Shown: positions 52,067 through 57,053 of the stretch, piece after piece | Position numbering within the stretch: the first letter of the stretch is position 1 | How the letters are laid out: every line of letters begins with the position of its first letter | Assembly: GCA_038118245.1 (NCBI GenBank) | Contig: JAYOHN010000004.1 | Location: 1-57,053 of the forward strand | DNA length: 57,053 nt | Direction: 5' to 3' | Origin: Poseidonia sp. | Lineage (GTDB): Archaea > Thermoplasmatota > Poseidoniia > Poseidoniales > Poseidoniaceae | Program-made: the position numbers and the translations under genes | Notes under the pieces: generated by a model | The model's input: only the letters and a program-made list of their open reading frames with translations | Told to the model about the DNA's origin: nothing | Database searches by the model: none

Positions 52067-55000
52067 ATGTCGCGCGTCTTTTCCCGGCTTCATCCCCTGC
52101 TGGCCACCGCCCTTGAAGAACGAGGATGGAACGCCACACCGGTCCAAGAAAACGTCCTGCCTGAAATCGTCCAAGGCAGCGACCACCTCGTGGTCGCCCC
52201 CACCGGGTCGGGCAAAACCATGGCCGGCATTCTTCCGTTGTTTCACCGCTGCCTTGAACACGCCTGGCCTTCGCTCTCCATCCTCTACATCACGCCGCTC
52301 AGGGCGCTCAACCGAGACGTTGACCGAAGGTTGCGGGAGTTGGCCTCCGCCGTTGGGCTCACGGTGGACGTCCGTCACGGCGACACTTCTCAAGCCCAAC
52401 GGGCCAAGCAGACGCGTCGCCCGCCCAACCTGCTCGTGACGACTCCTGAAACCTTCCAATTGATGTTCACGGGCAAAAATCTCCGAGCCATGCTGAGCAC
52501 CGTGCAGGCCGTCGTCGTGGACGAGGTGCACGATTTGGCAGCGTCCGAGCGCGGCTGGCAACTCGGCGTGGGCCTGTCCCGTTTGGAGGCGTTGACCGGC
52601 CGACCTGTCCAGCGTTTGGGCCTGTCGGCCACGGTGGGTAACCCCGATGCCGTCGCTGCCTGGCTCTCGCCCCGGGGCGCCACCTCGCTCATCACCACCG
52701 GGGACCGAAAAACGGACCTGAGCGTTGAGTCGCCCACGGCCCTTCCCGAGGATGAAATCGCCTACGCTGAGATGTCGCTTCCCTCGCCCAAACAACACGC
52801 TGCTTACCGCCATCTCTGCGATTTGCTCCGTACCGAAGCCCCGTGCTTGCTCTTTGTCAACAGCCGAAGCGAGGCGGAAACGCTCACCACACGCCTTCAG
52901 ACCATGGCGCCCGACCTTAACTTCGGTGTGCACCACGGTTCGCTGGCGGCCGAAACTCGGCAGCAAATGGAAGATGACCTGCGCAGCGGAAACCTGGCCG
53001 GGTTGGTGTGCACGTCAAGCCTCGAGCTCGGCATCGATGTCGGCAGCATACGACGCATCATTCAGTTGCATTCGCCCAAATCGGTGGACCGAATGCTTCA
53101 GCGGGTCGGCCGTGCCGACCACCGGCTGGGTGGCGTGGGTCGCGGCCACGTGGTGACGTGGGACGTCGACCACCTCTTGGAATCGGCTGTCGTCGCACGA
53201 AGGGCGATGGCGGGCCAAATCGAGCCGGTTGAATGGCGTCAACGCCCCTTCACCATCGCCGCCAATCAACTGGTGTTGATGGTTCATGCCTTCAAGGCCG
53301 TGAGCATTGACGAAGCGACCGCACAACTGGCGAACACCTCGCAATTTGAGGGCTGGCAGCGAGCCGACACCGAAGCGGTGTTGCAGGTTTTGGCCGAACA
53401 CTGGATTGTCCGCTTCACCCCCAAACCCAGCGAGGTGCCGTGGTACCGATGGCCAAAAGCGGTGTATGCCCTTGCCCGAGAGCATGCCAGTGCCAAAGGT
53501 GAAACCTTGCCCGAGGACCTTCCGCTGTACACCACTCCTGACGATGAAGTTCCCCGAACCTACACCGAACGAAAGGTGGAGGTGCCTCGTCGCTTCGCCA
53601 ACGGTTGGTTCTCCAGCGCTGGAAGGACCCGCGATTGGGTCGCCAAGCACCTTTCCATGATTCCCGACAAACGTTCCTATCGCGTTCGCGACGCCGTGAC
53701 ACGGCGCAGTTTGGGCAACGTTGACGAAGCGTTCGTCCTCAGCCTCAACGACGCAGGCGAGGACGACGACGGCACGCCCCGTCGTTTCGTGATCGCCGGA
53801 CGTACCTGGCTCATCGTCGATGCCGACCCGGAACAATCCGAACTTCTGGTCGCTCCCGTGAAAGACAGCGGGGCTGCACCGCACTGGCTGGGTGAATTGC
53901 CCCCGGTTCCCGAAAGCGTTGCGCGGGAGGTGGGGTACTTGCGCCATCTCGTGGCTCACGACTTGGGGTTGCTTGAGAAGCCCAAACCGGCCGCACTTGA
54001 CCCGAGGGGCTTGCTTCCTGAACGCCATGTTTCGCTGGCCGATTTCCCTCTTGACGCCGAAGCGCGAAGCATGCTCGCCGAGCACGTTGCTGGTCACATG
54101 GACGCCACGGGAACCTTGCCAACCGACCGTCATTTCACGATCGAAGAGCGTGACGATGCCTTGGTGCTGAACAGTTGTCAAGGCTCAAAAATCAACGAGG
54201 CGCTTGGCCATTTTCTTCTCGCCATGGCTTCAACCAAATCCGGAAAATGGGGGCGCTTGGTGGTGGAACCAACTCGAGTCGCTCTGCAAAGCGCCGATGT
54301 CCGTCCTGAAGACATCCTGTCGTGGTTGCTTGAAACCCCGCCGGACGCCATCGAACATGTGCTGAGCATCACCGTACCGAACTCGAGGCAGGTTCGGTGG
54401 CGCTTTGCGCAGGTTGCGAAAATATTCGGTGTGCTGCGCCACGGTGTTGACCCCCGCCGCATCAATCTTCAGGCCTTGCTGAGAAAATACAAGGGGACGG
54501 TGGTGATGGAGGAAGTCCTTTCGAAATTGTTCCACGAACGGATGGATGTCAAAGGTGCAGGGGATGTTCTGCACGGCCTGCAGTCGGGGGTCCTCTCGAT
54601 TGAAGTAACGGCCCAAGGCCCTTTGGGGATGTCAAACACCACCCAAAACCAAATGCTGCTCCCGAACTGGGACAACGCGGCCATTCGCGAGCGCCTGAAA
54701 CTTCGCCTCACCAACGAACGAGCGGTTCTTTGCTGTCTTCGATGCCATGGCGTACGTCGTTTCCGCGTGGCTCGGTTCACCGCGATGGAAAAACCCGGGT
54801 CGTGTTTGCGGTGCGGCGGCAACCGGCTAGCATGCGCCCGCGAAGGCCTGCAAGAAATGCTTGAAAAATGGGTAAAATCCGAAGACGTCAAGGACCAAGA
54901 CCGGATGATGAAAAACGCAGACTTGGTAGCCAATCGCGGCTTGGAAGCCATCTTGTGCTTGATGGGGCGAGGCATCGGCGAAGCCACAGCCAACCGGTTG

Positions 55001-55093
55001 CTGGTCAAGGTGATGCCCGGAAACGAGGAGGGCCTGCTTCACGCCATTCACCTCGCTGAGGTCGAATACGCCCGGACGCGGCGGTTTTGGTAA
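52067..55093 (+). CDS. lhr: Lhr-like large DEAD/DEAH-box helicase
   Basis: The start is set to the ATG at 52067, preceded by GGGAGGGGAG. Motif I is VVAPTGSGKT, motif II is VVDEVHDL, and motif VI-like is LQRVGRADHR. The long C-terminal region carries a Cys4 cluster CCLRCHG...CLRCGG. Confidence 0.85.
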   Translation: MSRVFSRLHPLLATALEERGWNATPVQENVLPEIVQGSDHLVVAPTGSGKTMAGILPLFHRCLEHAWPSLSILYITPLRALNRDVDRRLRELASAVGLTVDVRHGDTSQAQRAKQTRRPPNLLVTTPETFQLMFTGKNLRAMLSTVQAVVVDEVHDLAASERGWQLGVGLSRLEALTGRPVQRLGLSATVGNPDAVAAWLSPRGATSLITTGDRKTDLSVESPTALPEDEIAYAEMSLPSPKQHAAYRHLCDLLRTEAPCLLFVNSRSEAETLTTRLQTMAPDLNFGVHHGSLAAETRQQMEDDLRSGNLAGLVCTSSLELGIDVGSIRRIIQLHSPKSVDRMLQRVGRADHRLGGVGRGHVVTWDVDHLLESAVVARRAMAGQIEPVEWRQRPFTIAANQLVLMVHAFKAVSIDEATAQLANTSQFEGWQRADTEAVLQVLAEHWIVRFTPKPSEVPWYRWPKAVYALAREHASAKGETLPEDLPLYTTPDDEVPRTYTERKVEVPRRFANGWFSSAGRTRDWVAKHLSMIPDKRSYRVRDAVTRRSLGNVDEAFVLSLNDAGEDDDGTPRRFVIAGRTWLIVDADPEQSELLVAPVKDSGAAPHWLGELPPVPESVAREVGYLRHLVAHDLGLLEKPKPAALDPRGLLPERHVSLADFPLDAEARSMLAEHVAGHMDATGTLPTDRHFTIEERDDALVLNSCQGSKINEALGHFLLAMASTKSGKWGRLVVEPTRVALQSADVRPEDILSWLLETPPDAIEHVLSITVPNSRQVRWRFAQVAKIFGVLRHGVDPRRINLQALLRKYKGTVVMEEVLSKLFHERMDVKGAGDVLHGLQSGVLSIEVTAQGPLGMSNTTQNQMLLPNWDNAAIRERLKLRLTNERAVLCCLRCHGVRRFRVARFTAMEKPGSCLRCGGNRLACAREGLQEMLEKWVKSEDVKDQDRMMKNADLVANRGLEAILCLMGRGIGEATANRLLVKVMPGNEEGLLHAIHLAEVEYARTRRFW

Positions 55094-55140
55094 AGGCGGT
55101 CCATACAGGATTTTATGCACGAGACCGATGAGGTGAGCGC

Positions 55141-56097
55141 ATGGCCACGCCAGCGTCGTTTGGGTTGTGGTACCACCCGCTCTACACCGACGGGATTCAC
55201 CCCTCAGCCCGCTTTCCTCGTGACCGATATCGGTTGCTGCTCGACCGTTTGCAAGCGTCCGAACCCGCCCCCTCCATCACCGTTCATCGGCCCGAGCCCA
55301 TCTCAAAGAGGCACCTTCTGCTGGCTCACGATGCTGAGTATGTCGAACGTTTTCTTGAGGGCAACCTTACGGAAAAAGAAGAGAAGCGCATCGGCCTGAC
55401 GCCGTGGACACCGGCGATGATTGAACGCACGAAAGCGCTGATGGGCGGGGCCGTCGAAGCAACGGAACATGCCGTACGGCAAGGCGGTTTTGCTGGGAAC
55501 ATGGCGGGGGGCACTCACCACGCTCACCGAGACTTTGGGTCCGGTTATTGCGTGTTCAACGATTTGGCCGTGTGTGCCCTGCACGCCTTGGAAAACCTCA
55601 GCATGGAGCGGGTTGCCGTCGTGGACTTGGACGTCCATCAGGGCGATGGAACGGCGACGATTCTCGCCGATGAACCGCGAGCCCTCACCATTTCAGTCCA
55701 CTGCTCAACCAACTTTCCGTTTCGAAAATCCGTGAGCGACCACGACCTGGCGGTCCCGCCCGAATCTGGCGACGAAGTGTACCTCGACGCCGTGCGAGAA
55801 GCGCTTGACCTTTGCAAGGCCTTCCATCCCGACTTGATTCTCTACCAGGCCGGTGTTGACGGTTTGGAAGCCGACGCGCTGGGCAAACTCAACGTTTCCC
55901 GTCAAGGCATGCGAAAGCGAAACCAACTCGTCTTTTCAGCCGCTCAAGCGTTGAAGGTGCCGCTGGTGGTGTTCATGGGTGGTGGGTATGCGAAGCCGAT
56001 CGATGCGTCGCTGGACGCATTCGAGGACCTGTTTTCGGAAGCAGCTCAATGGAACCAGCGCATCCATGCACAAGGGGGCCCTTGTGCACGCCCGTGA
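55141..56097 (+). CDS. Histone deacetylase-family (HDAC/AcuC/acetylpolyamine amidohydrolase-like) protein
   Basis: 318 aa. The active-site motifs are GGTHHAHRDFGSGYCVFNDLAV and VVDLDVHQGDGT, followed by GGGY. Confidence 0.85.
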   Translation: MATPASFGLWYHPLYTDGIHPSARFPRDRYRLLLDRLQASEPAPSITVHRPEPISKRHLLLAHDAEYVERFLEGNLTEKEEKRIGLTPWTPAMIERTKALMGGAVEATEHAVRQGGFAGNMAGGTHHAHRDFGSGYCVFNDLAVCALHALENLSMERVAVVDLDVHQGDGTATILADEPRALTISVHCSTNFPFRKSVSDHDLAVPPESGDEVYLDAVREALDLCKAFHPDLILYQAGVDGLEADALGKLNVSRQGMRKRNQLVFSAAQALKVPLVVFMGGGYAKPIDASLDAFEDLFSEAAQWNQRIHAQGGPCARP

Positions 56098-56158
56098 ACA
56101 CAACCCTAGCGATGTAAAGGACGGACTGCGACCCCTTCAACACCCTCTTTACGAACAA

Positions 56159-56181
56159 AAGGGTTCCAAGATAAAACCCTT
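56159..56181. terminator. 7-bp hairpin between convergent genes, at the GC-content break
   Basis: AAGGGTT-CCAAGATAA-AACCCTT. It lies 62 nt after the HDAC stop and 24 nt after the stop (56205) of the convergent low-GC gene. Terminator function is an inference. Confidence 0.3.
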
Positions 56182-56204
56182 GTAGACGTCAAATTCTGAT
56201 TAAC

Positions 56205-57053
56205 TCATTCAATATTACACCATTCCGGGGCTTTGATATTCGCTTCATCCCAATAGGATTCATTTTGTGCATTCTCATCAAGCGATAAGACCACACAATC
56301 ATCGCTTGACACCGATTGAAGTTCAGCATCTGCGTATGGGGCGATGAAAAGGTATGGCTCAGAGATAAGGAATTTGTGATAATACTCGTATTCATCATCA
56401 TCTGAAAACTGAAGCATTAGGTCTCCATCTAGCAGCCTCCATCCCACAACATCTTGTCCTGAGTGATTGACTTCTCCATCGGATTCAAATTCAATTGATT
56501 CAACGCTGCTGTACCAAGTATCTACAATTTCATGTTCAACTAGATCAGAGCTTCCGCTGCTGAACAAGAGCGTGACGAATAAACCCGCAGCCATTGTAGC
56601 GCCAGCGATGGAGATAATGTTCTTAACGCGTCTTGGAAGTTTATCCAAATATTGCAAATATTGTTCGACCGCAGAGTAGAATTTTATCAACGAATACAAA
56701 ATAACTCCGAACGACAAAACATATCCAAGGAAATATATTCCCAAGCCGTCGAACGGGAAAATCAAACCAAGAATCGGCATCAAAATAAACGCCATGAAGA
56801 AAGAAGTCACTCCCGAAATGAGTATTCTGTCTTCTTTTCGATCTCTTTTCACGCATTTGTTGCATCTCACCCTTTCAGTTTTCATCAATTCTGATTTAGC
56901 ATCGTCGACAACATCACTCGCCAAACCAGCAATATCTCCTGTGATTACATTGGCTACGGCTCCTATCGCCTTCGTTACTTTTCCAAGAGATGTGGGCAGC
57001 GGGTCGCATTCAAGACAGATTGGAGTTGAACACTTTCGACCAGGACAACCTCG
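56205..57053 (-). CDS. Hypothetical Cys-rich membrane protein in a low-GC segment; 5' end lies beyond the window
   Basis: The track ORF is 56205..56924 (TTG start), but the frame stays open to the window edge (...RGCPGRKCSTPICLECDPLPTSLGKVTKAIGAVANVITGDIAGLASDVV...). A CNKC motif follows. Three hydrophobic helices are FFMAFILMPILGLIFPF, IYFLGYVLSFGVILYSLI and IISIAGATMAAGLFVTLLF. The C-terminal domain is acidic. Confidence 0.6.
   Translation of the reverse strand, partial: RGCPGRKCSTPICLECDPLPTSLGKVTKAIGAVANVITGDIAGLASDVVDDAKSELMKTERVRCNKCVKRDRKEDRILISGVTSFFMAFILMPILGLIFPFDGLGIYFLGYVLSFGVILYSLIKFYSAVEQYLQYLDKLPRRVKNIISIAGATMAAGLFVTLLFSSGSSDLVEHEIVDTWYSSVESIEFESDGEVNHSGQDVVGWRLLDGDLMLQFSDDDEYEYYHKFLISEPYLFIAPYADAELQSVSSDDCVVLSLDENAQNESYWDEANIKAPEWCNIE

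Noticed and set aside
51759-52139. ORF with a poly-Ser run (SSSSSSSSSSSSSS)
   Set aside because: It is the mirror image of the GAC/GAT poly-Asp coding repeat at the end of giant protein 2, and so is an artefact of the repeat.
1-57053. CRISPR arrays, rRNA genes and IS elements/transposases
   Set aside because: No regularly spaced direct repeats are visible in any intergenic stretch, the longest being 375 bp at 24735-25109. No ORF has transposase or Cas motifs. No region has rRNA-like sequence. By-eye scanning cannot exclude short or degenerate repeats.

Overview
High-GC (about 60% by hand counts of sampled lines) chromosomal segment of an aerobic archaeon. The archaeal call rests on PolD large subunit, PriL, Sec61beta, MC1, Hjc, a Sec11-type signal peptidase and the S13-S4 operon. 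A bacterial-type acyltransferase, a DAG-kinase-like lipid kinase, a heme-copper oxidase and two giant sequon-rich surface proteins fit an uncultured marine euryarchaeon such as Marine Group II/Poseidoniales, but that placement is inference only. I call 47 protein-coding genes (two cut by the window edges) and one tRNA-Ser(UGA). I found no rRNA, no CRISPR array and no recognisable transposase. The ORF track uses GTG/TTG starts, so several starts were moved to internal ATGs where neighbouring genes, signal peptides or SD/TATA elements argue for it. Many long antisense ORFs are GC-driven shadows. Main observations: (1) a five-gene coxB-coxA-coxC-subunit IV-Sco operon where every outward-facing component carries extra domains and no cytochrome c module is present; (2) two giant C-terminally anchored surface proteins of 1766 and 1694 aa, one with PA14 and LamG apparently nested inside another domain, lying near an enlarged signal peptidase and a site-2 protease; (3) bacterial-type lipid genes; (4) an HhH protein with a histone-H1-like Lys/Ala tail beside a tyrosine recombinase and MC1; (5) a sharp fall to about 40% GC at 56.19 kb that starts a foreign-looking segment. 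All family assignments come from motif recognition by eye. No database search was run.
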